NCBI GenBank assembly: GCA_005880795.1
Contig: VBGP01000022.1
Span: 17,347 to 81,346 of the forward strand
Source of the DNA: Chloroflexota bacterium
GTDB taxonomy: Bacteria > Chloroflexota > Dormibacteria > Dormibacterales > Dormibacteraceae
Direction of reading: 5' to 3'
Length of the DNA stretch: 64,000 nucleotides
The notes beneath the pieces are model-generated. The model made no database searches, was not told the origin of the DNA, and saw only the letters and a list, made by a program, of their open reading frames with translations. The translations under genes and the position numbers were made by a program. Positions 26,526-35,143 of this stretch are shown here, piece by piece; within the stretch, counting starts at the first letter, position 1; every line of letters starts with the position of its first letter.

Positions 26526-28684
26526 CCGGCTGCTCGCGCCCCGGGGGTGGTCTTGAGGACGATCCCCCTGAGCCACTCGATGAGCTCAGCGCCCGCGACT
26601 GAGTTGCGCTGGAAGATCGCTGCGACGTTGCCGTTCAGGGAACGTTTGTCATCAGCTGTGAGCGTTTTGGCGGTGAGGACCATGATCGGGATGGTTCGCG
26701 TCCGATCTTCGGCCCGGAGCTGCTCCACGACCTCAAAGCCGCTGACCCCTGGCATCATCAGGTCGAGGAGGATGAGATTTGGCAGGCGCGACTTTGCCAT
26801 GTCGATTCCTTCCTGTCCGCCGTTCGCCCGCAGCACGCTGAAGCCGGCGGGCTTGAGCAAGCCTTCGATCAGGTCGAGGTTTGACTGCTCGTCGTCGACC
26901 ACCAGCACCCGGACCTCTTCGCGCTTCACCTTCGTAGTGAACGTGAACTGCTCGAGGCGTGACAGCAAGCCCCTTCCATCGATTGGCTTGACGAAGTAGT
27001 CGATCGCACCAAGCGCCCGGCCGAGCGCCGGATTGTCGACCACCGAGACCACGACCACCGGGATGTTGCGCGTGGACTCGTCCTGCTTGAGCCGCGTCAG
27101 CACCTCCCAACCATCGATCTCGGGCAGGAGTATGTCCAGCGTCACGGCGACCGGCTTTAGCTCTCTGGCCATCCTCAGCGCGTCAGTGCCGTTGCGTGCG
27201 ATTTCCATTCGGAACCCACCCACCTCGAGATGCCGGCCAAGGATCTCGGCCGCCTGCGGGTTGTCCTCGACCACGAGGACGAGCGGACGGCCCGCCTCGA
27301 CCTGTCGGGCTTTTTCGGGCTTGCGAGCCGGCCATTCTTGGGGGGCCACGCTGTGCGCCGGCAATCGGACCGTGAAGGTCGTCCCCTTCCCAACCTGGCT
27401 TTCGACGCTGACGTCGCCACCGTGCAGAACGGCAAGGCGCTTCGTCAACGCCAGGCCGAGACCGGTGCCTTCCTGTCGGCGCCCCGGCCCGGGGTCGAGC
27501 TGTTGAAACTCACCGAAAAGACGAGGGAGATCCGCTTCCGCGATCCCGATCCCTGTGTCGATCACCGCTATTTCCACCGAGCTCGCCGTCCGGCGCGCGC
27601 GGATGGACACGTGGCCGCCGGCCGGCGTGAATTTGATGGCGTTCGAGGCGAGGTTCAGCAGCATCTGCCTCACCTTTGCGCCATCTGCGACAAGCTGCAT
27701 GCTGGGATCCGACTCGCTGTCGAAGGTGATCCCCTTGGCTCGTGCCAGCGGCTCCATGGTGGCTAAAACCTCACGCACGGTGTCGGCCACCAACATAAGT
27801 TGCGGATGAAGCTCCATCTGCCCCGCCTCGACCTTCGAGAGGTCAAGGATGTCATTGATGAGCTGCAGCAGGTGCTTGCCGCTGCTGTGAATCTGGTCGA
27901 GAAAACGGCGACGAGTCACGGGGTCAAAACGTTCTGACCCTTCGTCGCTGAGAAGCTCCGAAAACCCGATGATCGCGTTCAGCGGCGTTCGTAGCTCGTG
28001 GCTCATGCTCGCCAGGAAGCGGCTTTTCGCGCGGTTGGCTCGCTCGGCCTCGGCCTGCGCGTCGCTCAGCTGCTTTGTTCGCTCCTCCACCATGGCTTCC
28101 AGCTCGCTGGCGAGCAGCCTCTGATTGCGCAGTAGCTGCGCGGTGGCGATCGCGCGCGCGGCGCGTTCCGCCAGGCTGACCAAAAGGTCGAGGTCAGCCT
28201 GGTTGAAGGGCGTGCTTCCCTCCATCCGGTTGAGGTTCAGCCCACCCACGACGGTGTCCTGGGCGATCATCGGGATCAAAGCCGATTGACGCATCCGCCA
28301 CTTCTCGATGTGGCGTCTCTGGTGCGGCGCAAGGTCGGGCCGCAGGTGATCCGGATCGATTTCGATCACAACCGGTCGCCGCTCCTGGATAACGGATTTC
28401 CAGACCCCGGACGCGTCGATGTCCATCCGGACACCCAGCATGTGACGCGCGTCTTCCATGACGTTGGGGTCGGGATGATAGGCGGCCACGGGCTCGACGC
28501 TCCGGCCATCAGCCGAGAGGAGGACGACGGCGCAGAAGTCACCGGTCGCGCGGGAGATCTGCTCGGCGACGATTGCCAGGAGGGCTTCGATGTCCGGGAC
28601 GGCGTCGCTGAACGCGCCGGTCGCCTCGGCGATTGCGGCGAGGCGGCCGGCATGACCGCCGCCCAGGGCAGGGAGGTCAGACAT
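26522..28684 (-). CDS. Hybrid sensor histidine kinase (GAF - HisKA - HATPase_c - REC - REC)
   Basis: Contains SHELRTPLNAIIGFSELL, GTGLGLALTKRL and two receiver domains (LVLVVEDNPQ...TLDILLPEIDG and VLVVDDEQSN...LLDLMMPGVSG). Confidence 0.92.
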   Translation of the reverse strand: MSDLPALGGGHAGRLAAIAEATGAFSDAVPDIEALLAIVAEQISRATGDFCAVVLLSADGRSVEPVAAYHPDPNVMEDARHMLGVRMDIDASGVWKSVIQERRPVVIEIDPDHLRPDLAPHQRRHIEKWRMRQSALIPMIAQDTVVGGLNLNRMEGSTPFNQADLDLLVSLAERAARAIATAQLLRNQRLLASELEAMVEERTKQLSDAQAEAERANRAKSRFLASMSHELRTPLNAIIGFSELLSDEGSERFDPVTRRRFLDQIHSSGKHLLQLINDILDLSKVEAGQMELHPQLMLVADTVREVLATMEPLARAKGITFDSESDPSMQLVADGAKVRQMLLNLASNAIKFTPAGGHVSIRARRTASSVEIAVIDTGIGIAEADLPRLFGEFQQLDPGPGRRQEGTGLGLALTKRLAVLHGGDVSVESQVGKGTTFTVRLPAHSVAPQEWPARKPEKARQVEAGRPLVLVVEDNPQAAEILGRHLEVGGFRMEIARNGTDALRMARELKPVAVTLDILLPEIDGWEVLTRLKQDESTRNIPVVVVSVVDNPALGRALGAIDYFVKPIDGRGLLSRLEQFTFTTKVKREEVRVLVVDDEQSNLDLIEGLLKPAGFSVLRANGGQEGIDMAKSRLPNLILLDLMMPGVSGFEVVEQLRAEDRTRTIPIMVLTAKTLTADDKRSLNGNVAAIFQRNSVAGAELIEWLRGIVLKTTPGARAAG

Positions 28685-28723
28685 GCCGCAACTCTAGGCG
28701 ACTAAACGGCCGAAATCGATTGC

Positions 28724-30160
28724 TTAACGAGCGCCCCGCCGGTGCCTGGCTGGAGCTCCTAAGGCCTCCACAGCCGCCACGGCCGCGAGATCGTCGATTG
28801 CGGCCATGAAAGCAAGGCTGCCGTGGTTCCCCCCAGAGCTGGCGTGGGCGATCTCGTGCAGTACCACGCGGGCGAAATGTCGCGGCGAATCGAGCACGGA
28901 CCGTTTGACCACGATGTTCGGCGAGTCCCAAACCCCTTCGGTCTCGTATGCGCCCTCGTCAAGTCGCATCGTGGCCGAGATGCGCACCTCCTTGACGCGC
29001 TTCGCGTGCGCGCCGGCGAGCCGGATCAGCTCGGGCAAGATCGCCCATGCGATCCGTTCCGTCTTGTTCAGCTTTGCCAGATCGACGAAGTTGTAGGTGA
29101 ACGAGGCATTCCAGACCTGGACGAAGCCGGAGATGTCGAGGATTGGACGGCCTTCGAGGTCGCGCAGCTTGGAAAGCCGTCCCAGCAATCGGTCGGGCAC
29201 CACGATGACCTTGTAGCCGTCGGCCCTCGCCTCTTGAATCGTCGAGCCCATCGTGAACATCTGCTGTGAGCTGACGAAGACTGTCTTGCCTCTCGTGGCG
29301 AGGATCCTGACGGCCTGCTCCTGCACGTCGAGCCAGGTGATCTCGTCGTGGTTGGTGCCGAGCGGGATCCGTGTGAGGTCCTGCACCAGCTGCTCCGCGA
29401 CGGCCTCGGATTTGGCCTTCAGGAGGATCGCCTTGACTCGGTCCTGGTAGGCGCTCCGCCCCACGTTGCTGCGTTCACGGTTGAGCGCTCGCTGGAGCTG
29501 CGTGGTGGTCGATGTGACGTTGTAGGAGAACAGGAACTGATCCTCGAGCGCGACACGGACGCCCTTCACATAGATGCGCGCAGGCTGGTCAGGACGGCGT
29601 TCGAGGATGCTGCCGAGCTCCGTCCGCTCGAGCTCCTTGTCGCCCGCAAAGCGCAAGAAGTAATCCCGCGCGGCAGCCATGTCGGCGTCGGACAGGCCGC
29701 CCAGTGTGAAGTCGGTGCCGCGCCGCTTCGGTTCGGAAGCCGGCGTGATCGCCGCGTGAAGCGTCTTGACATCGGCGAAGTTGGTCTTCGCGGCTTGCTG
29801 CAACCTGATGTCGCCATGCGGACTGCGGATGCGCACCTCAACGCCGCGACGGTGAAATGTCGCCAGCGCGTCCTTGAGGCCGACGCCGAACTTGCCGACC
29901 ACGAGGTCGGAGCGACGCCTCTTCTCGGGATTCTCGTTCTGGGTGAGGTGCTGGTAGTGCAGGCCGCGCCCGAAATCTGTGATGTGCCATCCGTCGCGGC
30001 GCTTCACGATCTGCGGCTCGGCGCTGCCGCTCAGCGCCTGCTCATCGAGCGCGTTCGCGATCACCTCGCGTACGGCCTCAGGCACGCCCCAGTGGTCGAG
30101 GATCTTTTCGACGTTGAGGTCGAAAAGAGAAACCTGGCCCTTTGTTACTCGGCGAGCCAC
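28724..30160 (-). CDS. GHKL (HATPase_c_3/MutL-Hsp90-MORC type) ATPase fused to a C-terminal HExxH zincin-like domain
   Basis: Bergerat motifs are EAVREVIANALDE (ExxxNAxD), ITDFGRGL (DxGxG) and GKFGVGLKDA (GxxGxG). The C-terminus has VVLHEIAHASSGGNHGSLAF, resembling the HExxH...NH..F signature of SprT/YgjP(DUF45)-type metallopeptidases. GTG at 30158-30160 overlaps the upstream gene by 16 nt. The track extension to 30370 is not supported. Confidence 0.75.
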   Translation of the reverse strand: MARRVTKGQVSLFDLNVEKILDHWGVPEAVREVIANALDEQALSGSAEPQIVKRRDGWHITDFGRGLHYQHLTQNENPEKRRRSDLVVGKFGVGLKDALATFHRRGVEVRIRSPHGDIRLQQAAKTNFADVKTLHAAITPASEPKRRGTDFTLGGLSDADMAAARDYFLRFAGDKELERTELGSILERRPDQPARIYVKGVRVALEDQFLFSYNVTSTTTQLQRALNRERSNVGRSAYQDRVKAILLKAKSEAVAEQLVQDLTRIPLGTNHDEITWLDVQEQAVRILATRGKTVFVSSQQMFTMGSTIQEARADGYKVIVVPDRLLGRLSKLRDLEGRPILDISGFVQVWNASFTYNFVDLAKLNKTERIAWAILPELIRLAGAHAKRVKEVRISATMRLDEGAYETEGVWDSPNIVVKRSVLDSPRHFARVVLHEIAHASSGGNHGSLAFMAAIDDLAAVAAVEALGAPARHRRGAR

Positions 30161-30552
30161 TCCCTCGCCTCTTCGACCGAGGCGAAGTACGCGATCTGCA
30201 TCGCCGTTTGCGGCACCTTGTCGAGACGCTCGCGAAGATGACCCGCCGCGATCTCGCTTTCGGGCAGCACAATCGCGAACCGCTTCAGGCCCGCCTCGAG
30301 CACCCGTGGGACCCACTCGCGGTTCGCCCGCTCCTGGTCTGCCGGGTTCAGGATCCGCTGGCGGCGACAATCGGCCAGGAGGCGCGAGCAGGCACGCTCC
30401 CCGAGCGCCTTGACCTCGGCGTCGAGAAGAGCGCCGAATTCAGCGCTGTTGGCCCATCCGTCCCACTCCACGAAGACAGTCGAGTGGGGACCGTCCCACC
30501 TGACTGTTGCGACACCCGGGACCGAGAAGTAGACGTCGTCATCCTCGCCCAT
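30145..30552 (-). CDS. STAS/SEC14 (SpoIIAA-like, DUF3478-type) domain protein
   Basis: 135 aa. Pattern VRWDG...FVEWDGW...LLADCR...RFAIVLPES...IAYFASVEEAREWL matches the SpoIIAA-like family, ending with the typical A..WL. Confidence 0.6.
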   Translation of the reverse strand: MGEDDDVYFSVPGVATVRWDGPHSTVFVEWDGWANSAEFGALLDAEVKALGERACSRLLADCRRQRILNPADQERANREWVPRVLEAGLKRFAIVLPESEIAAGHLRERLDKVPQTAMQIAYFASVEEAREWLAE

Positions 30553-30614
30553 CGCTCTGTTCCATCAACGTAACCCAGGTCACCCACCGCGGCGCTGCCT
30601 TAGTCCGGAGGGGC

Positions 30615-31001
30615 TCAGGTCCGGCAGGCCCAGGCGTCGACTTCCACGCGGTACTCCGGAGCCGCCAGTGCAGCGACATAGACCAGCGTGGAGCAGGGAG
30701 CGTGGCCTTTCAGCCACGCTGAAGTGACCTCTCTGCGGCGGCGAACGTCGATCTCACCGACCAGGTACCAGGTCACCTTGACGAGGTCGGTGACCGCCAT
30801 CCCGGCGGCGTCGAGGTTTCGCCTCACGTTCTCGAGGGCGAGCTCGACCTGCTCGATCGGGTCGTCGGGCACGACCCCGTCCTGCGTGCGCCCCAACTGC
30901 CCCGCCATGACCAGCCACCGCGGAGAGCCCTGAACCTCGACCTGGTGGCTGTACGGCCCGACCGGTGGATGGATCGTTTCGGGATTGCGCCTTTCGTTCA
31001 C
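30615..31001 (-). CDS. RidA/YjgF family protein
   Basis: Contains PVGPYSHQV...LVMAGQLG...VKVTWYLV. 4-nt overlap with the upstream MFS gene. Confidence 0.85.
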   Translation of the reverse strand: MNERRNPETIHPPVGPYSHQVEVQGSPRWLVMAGQLGRTQDGVVPDDPIEQVELALENVRRNLDAAGMAVTDLVKVTWYLVGEIDVRRRREVTSAWLKGHAPCSTLVYVAALAAPEYRVEVDAWACRT

Positions 31002-32467
31002 GCCGCCGCCTCACACTCCGCCGGCGCCGACTCGGCCGGCGCCTCTGCCTGCGACCGGAGAAACGCCGCCGCCACCACGATCGTGACCGCGACGACACCT
31101 GCGCCGATCAGCCACGCGAAGTGGTATCCGCCCGCAAGCGCGGCCTGTCCATCGACTCCGGCCTGGGCGAGGTCCAGGGTTCGCGCGCCGGCCACGGTGG
31201 CCAGGACCGCGAGTCCGAAGGCACCGCCCACCTGTCCGGTCGTGTTGAGAAGACCCGAGGCAAGGCCGGCTTCGCTCGGCGAGACATCGGCCATTGCGAT
31301 CATCGTCAGCGCAGGGAACGCAAGCCCGCCGCCCAGCCCGAAGAGAACCATCGGCGTCAGCAGGTACACAAAGTAGTTGGCATTGGTCGGGCCGAGGCCG
31401 ACGATGAGCAGCGCGACGAGGGCGGTGGCAAGCCCGGCTCCCAGCATCGTGCCGGCGCCGAAGCGCGCGATCAGCTGAGCCGAGAACCGGATCGAGAACA
31501 GCGCCATCACGACTGCCACCGGCAGGAAGGCCAGCCCGATCGCCATCGGACCGTAGCCCAGCACACGCTCGAGGTCGAGCGAGCCGAGGAAAAAGAAGCC
31601 GATGAACGCTGTCGACATGAGCGCCTGCACGATGTTGGCTCCGGCGACCTTGCGCGAACGGAAGATGCGCAGTGGAAGGATCGGATTCCGCCCGCGCGCT
31701 TGTCGGACGACGAATCCGGCCAGCAGGGCGATCGCGACGGCGCCTAACGCGATGGTGCGGGGCGATGCAAGTCCGTAGTCCGATGTCTGAACGATGGCGT
31801 ACACGCCGAGCATCAGCGCGGCCGTGACCATGATCGCGCCAAGAACGTCGGCGCCCCGGCCAAGACCGATTCCCCGGTCGGTCTGGAGCAGACGCATCGC
31901 GAGCACGGCCGTGATGATCCCGATCGGAAGGTTGACAAAAAAGATCCAGTGCCAGCTGACCGCCGCGGTGATGAGACCGCCCGCGAGGAGGCCGACCGCG
32001 GCGCCGGCCGATGCGATGAAGCTGAATACACCGAATGCTTTTGCGCGCTCGAGCGGTTCGGGGAACAGCGTGACGACCATGGCCAGGATCACAGCCGAGC
32101 TCACTGCGCCGCCGATGCCCTGGATGAATCGCGCCGCGATCAGCATCGGCTGCGTGAACGAGAGTCCGCACAGCATCGACGCCGCGGTGAAGAGCAGAAG
32201 ACCCGCGAGGAAGACGCGCTTGCGCCCGACCAGGTCACCGACCCGGCCGGCAAGCAAGAGCAGCCCGCCGAATGCGATCAGGTACGCGTTGATGACCCAC
32301 GCCAGGCCCGACTGCGAGAAGCCCAGGTCCTTCTGGATCGACGGCAGCGCAACGTTCACGATCGTCATGTCGACGACGATCAATAGGAATCCGGTGCACA
32401 GAACCAGCAGCGAGAGCCAGCGTGAGTTCTTCATGCCATTCAGACGACCAACCTCCCCATGACTCAT
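30998..32467 (-). CDS. MFS transporter, DHA2 (14-TMS) family
   Basis: Contains IVDMTIVNVALPSIQKDL and GRVGDLVGRKR. 14 hydrophobic segments. Alternative start at 32434. Confidence 0.9.
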   Translation of the reverse strand: MSHGEVGRLNGMKNSRWLSLLVLCTGFLLIVVDMTIVNVALPSIQKDLGFSQSGLAWVINAYLIAFGGLLLLAGRVGDLVGRKRVFLAGLLLFTAASMLCGLSFTQPMLIAARFIQGIGGAVSSAVILAMVVTLFPEPLERAKAFGVFSFIASAGAAVGLLAGGLITAAVSWHWIFFVNLPIGIITAVLAMRLLQTDRGIGLGRGADVLGAIMVTAALMLGVYAIVQTSDYGLASPRTIALGAVAIALLAGFVVRQARGRNPILPLRIFRSRKVAGANIVQALMSTAFIGFFFLGSLDLERVLGYGPMAIGLAFLPVAVVMALFSIRFSAQLIARFGAGTMLGAGLATALVALLIVGLGPTNANYFVYLLTPMVLFGLGGGLAFPALTMIAMADVSPSEAGLASGLLNTTGQVGGAFGLAVLATVAGARTLDLAQAGVDGQAALAGGYHFAWLIGAGVVAVTIVVAAAFLRSQAEAPAESAPAECEAAA

Positions 32468-32514
32468 CGGTTCGCAACCGATGAGTTGAGCCCCGCTATT
32501 CCGTCTGAATATCG

Positions 32515-32961
32515 ATGGCGACCGGGACGGTCATCTTGAATTGCGCTCGGATGCAGGATCCCAGCGTGGCGGCGATCGAATACCTGGCCCGGCTCAAGCT
32601 TGGCCTTCGGCGAGGCGGCCGGGAACTGTGCCTGGCGAGCCCCAGCCCAGAGCTGGCGGAGCTGATCGACCTGGCCGGCTTGGCCGGGGTACTGGGGTGC
32701 GACCGAAAACCCTCGGCGAGAGATTCGGCGATCCAGGTGGCCCAGATTCGGGTGAAGCGCCGAGCAGCGGAACGAGCGCATCCGTCGATGCGTGAGCGAG
32801 CAGCGCAGAAGCTGAACCCGAAGATGGGCCGCATGGGCGCCGAAGATCCGCCGAGGGGCTTTCGGGCGCGCCCCCTACTCGAGGTGAAGAGGCAGCCCGA
32901 ACAGCGGGAAGAGCCTTGCCGTGTCGAGGAAGAAGGTGAACTCGCCGATCCGCCCCTCTGA
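32515..32961 (+). CDS. Hypothetical protein with a partial STAS (anti-sigma antagonist-like) segment
   Basis: The first roughly 60 aa (VILNCARMQDPSVAAIEYLARLKLGLRRGGRELCLASPSPELAELIDLAGLAGVL) look like the C-terminal half of a STAS domain. No N-terminal half is possible because a stop lies at 32506-32508. The tail is low-complexity and overlaps the convergent sigma gene. Confidence 0.3.
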   Translation: MATGTVILNCARMQDPSVAAIEYLARLKLGLRRGGRELCLASPSPELAELIDLAGLAGVLGCDRKPSARDSAIQVAQIRVKRRAAERAHPSMRERAAQKLNPKMGRMGAEDPPRGFRARPLLEVKRQPEQREEPCRVEEEGELADPPL

Positions 32962-33861
32962 GATCTCCAGCACCTGGAGCGCCCAGGGGTCGTGGCCTCC
33001 GTTCGGGCTGGGCTTGTACTGGCCGAAGGTGGGCATCCCGTTCGCGCTGAGCGTGGGAATCACGCGCGAGCCTTTGCAGCCGATACCTGGGCCAAACCAC
33101 CACGCCAGCACGTCGTCGCGTCCGCTCAGCCACATGTCGTAAGGCGGCATGGACTGCGTGGCGTCTTCGCGGATCAATGAGGTGAGCGCGTTGACGTCGT
33201 AGCGCTCGAAGGCGGAAACGTAGCGTTCGAGCATCGCCCGGTCGGCTGCGCTCAGCGCCTCCTCGCGCTGCTCCGAACCTGCGTTGATGTTCGCCTTCCC
33301 CATGGTCACGCGGGCGCGCTGAAGGGCGCTGTTGACCGACGCGACGGAGGTGTCGAGCAGCTCCGCCACCTCGGTGGCCTGCCAGTCGAGCACCTCGCGG
33401 AGGATGAGCACGGCACGCTGCCGCGAGGGCAGGTGCTGGAGCGCCGCCACGAAGGCGAGGCGGATCGACTCGTTGGCGATTGCCACCTCCGCGGGGTCGC
33501 GCTCCGGCGCGATGAGGTGGAGCGGAATCGGTTCCAGCCAGGTGATCTCGGCGGGCACATTGAGGTTCGCCTCGATCGGTTCGACTGCAGGTCCAAGGTC
33601 CATCGGCCTGGCCCGCCGCTCCTTGCCTTTGAGCATGTCGAGGCACACGTTGGTGGCGATCCGGTACAGCCACGAGCGCATCGCGGAGCGTCCTTCAAAA
33701 CGGTCCCGGCTGCGCCACGCCCGGACGAACGCGTCCTGCACCGCATCTTCGGCGTCGAACGGCGATCCGAGCATCCGGTAGCAGTAAGCGGTCAGCTCGC
33801 CCCGGTACTGTTCGAGCTCGCCGAAGGCGTGCGGAGTCGAGGCGGTCGCGGTCTGCATCAA
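32875..33861 (-). CDS. ECF sigma factor with fused C-terminal SnoaL/NTF2-like domain (TIGR02960/SigG-like)
   Basis: Contains DAEDAVQDAFVRAWR (region 2) and AVLILREVLDWQATEVAELLDTSVASVNSALQRAR (region 4), followed by a roughly 130-aa NTF2-like extension. Confidence 0.88.
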   Translation of the reverse strand: MMQTATASTPHAFGELEQYRGELTAYCYRMLGSPFDAEDAVQDAFVRAWRSRDRFEGRSAMRSWLYRIATNVCLDMLKGKERRARPMDLGPAVEPIEANLNVPAEITWLEPIPLHLIAPERDPAEVAIANESIRLAFVAALQHLPSRQRAVLILREVLDWQATEVAELLDTSVASVNSALQRARVTMGKANINAGSEQREEALSAADRAMLERYVSAFERYDVNALTSLIREDATQSMPPYDMWLSGRDDVLAWWFGPGIGCKGSRVIPTLSANGMPTFGQYKPSPNGGHDPWALQVLEISEGRIGEFTFFLDTARLFPLFGLPLHLE

Positions 33862-33884
33862 AGCGATTTTAGCGGCGGGATCGT

Positions 33885-34103
33885 TCAGGCCATCTGGACC
33901 GCGGTTCCGTCCGCCTGGTCATTGAGCCACGCCACCCCGCAGTTGAATGCATGCTCGACGCTTTCATGATCGTGTGCGCATCCCCACTTGCACTCACGAA
34001 ACCGGTCAGCCTCTTCGTAGGCCTCAGCGCGATAAACGAGGGGTGGCATGGGACCCCGGCGGAGTTGTCCATGAGAAGCCATGACGCGGATTTTCAAGGC
34101 CAC
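33885..34103 (-). CDS. Small Cys/His-rich hypothetical protein
   Basis: 72-aa ORF containing RECKWGCAHDHESVEHAFNC, located 23 nt upstream of the ECF sigma gene and co-directional with it. No family recognised. Confidence 0.3.
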   Translation of the reverse strand: MALKIRVMASHGQLRRGPMPPLVYRAEAYEEADRFRECKWGCAHDHESVEHAFNCGVAWLNDQADGTAVQMA

Positions 34104-34161
34104 GGCGGAACCCTAGTGCCGGCCGGTGTGGCCTGTCATCGTTCATTTGAGGTATGCGAAT

Positions 34162-34494
34162 TCAAGTGATTTGGCTCCCCAACTCGGCCGCCGTGTCAGG
34201 CTGGAGCAGGCGCAGTGTGCCGTCGGCCCCGGTCGCGGCCAGGACGAGCACTTGAGAGCTCACCCCGGCGACTCGACGAGGCGGTAGGTTGAACACGCAC
34301 ACGACCTGCCGGTTCAACAGGTCCGCACGCCGGTAGTCCGTCTTCGCGGCAGCCACTGAGCGACGGATACCGAGCCGCCCGAAGTCAATGGTCAGCCGAT
34401 AGGACGGCTTTCTCGCCTCGGGCAGGTCATCCACCTCGATGATCCTGCCGACTCGCATGTCGAGTCGCTGGAAATCGTCGATCGTGGCCTCCAT
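34162..34494 (-). CDS. csaA: tRNA-binding (EMAP/CsaA-type) domain protein
   Basis: Contains FQRLDMRVGRIIEV...KPSYRLTIDFG...VVCVFNLPPRRVAGVSSQVLVLA. Confidence 0.85.
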   Translation of the reverse strand: MEATIDDFQRLDMRVGRIIEVDDLPEARKPSYRLTIDFGRLGIRRSVAAAKTDYRRADLLNRQVVCVFNLPPRRVAGVSSQVLVLAATGADGTLRLLQPDTAAELGSQIT

Positions 34495-34528
34495 GGCGCC
34501 GCCTCCATATATAAGGACGTGTCTTCGC

Positions 34529-35071
34529 CTATTTCGCGGGTTCGAACTCCAGGACCACTATCCCTGTGGCGAACCGCTTGACTTCCTTCAGATCGAGCTT
34601 CCTCCGGGCTTCCTCGTCAGTGAAAAGGCGTGCGCCCTTGCCCAGGACGATCGGGTGCACCATCAGGCGATAGAGGTCGATCAGGTTCTCGCGCATCATG
34701 GCGTTGAAGAGCTGCCCGCTGCCCGAAAGCAGCAAGTCCTTTCCGGGCTGCCTCTTGAGCTTGCGGATCGCGTCTGCGACGTTGCCCTTGATCAGCTTCG
34801 AGCCCGGCCAATCCGCCCCCTCCAGTGTCGAGCTGACCACGTACTTCGGCATGCTGTTCATCTTTTCGCCGAACTCGCCGGTGCCCTTCATCGTGGGCCA
34901 CGCCGCGGCAAAGCCTTCGTACGTCTTGCGGCCGAGCAGGAGCCCATCGCTCGCTTGCAGCTCGGCCCACTTGAACTGGCCCGCTTCCTCGTTGAACATC
35001 GGGCCCGACCAGTGGCCGGGCTCCTCGAAAACACCATCGAGCGATAGGTACTCCGTTGCGACCAGTCTCAT
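34529..35071 (-). CDS. Dihydrofolate reductase family protein (RibD C-terminal domain)
   Basis: Contains YLSLDGV...LLGRKTYE...KYVVSSTL...LLLSGSGQLFN...IDLYRLMVHPIVLGKG. Confidence 0.85.
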   Translation of the reverse strand: MRLVATEYLSLDGVFEEPGHWSGPMFNEEAGQFKWAELQASDGLLLGRKTYEGFAAAWPTMKGTGEFGEKMNSMPKYVVSSTLEGADWPGSKLIKGNVADAIRKLKRQPGKDLLLSGSGQLFNAMMRENLIDLYRLMVHPIVLGKGARLFTDEEARRKLDLKEVKRFATGIVVLEFEPAK

Positions 35072-35143
35072 CTCAACCTCCCGCAGAGTTTCGTCGCCTG
35101 GTTAGACGACTGCGCGGCCCAGAACTCATCGACGCCGGGCGGC

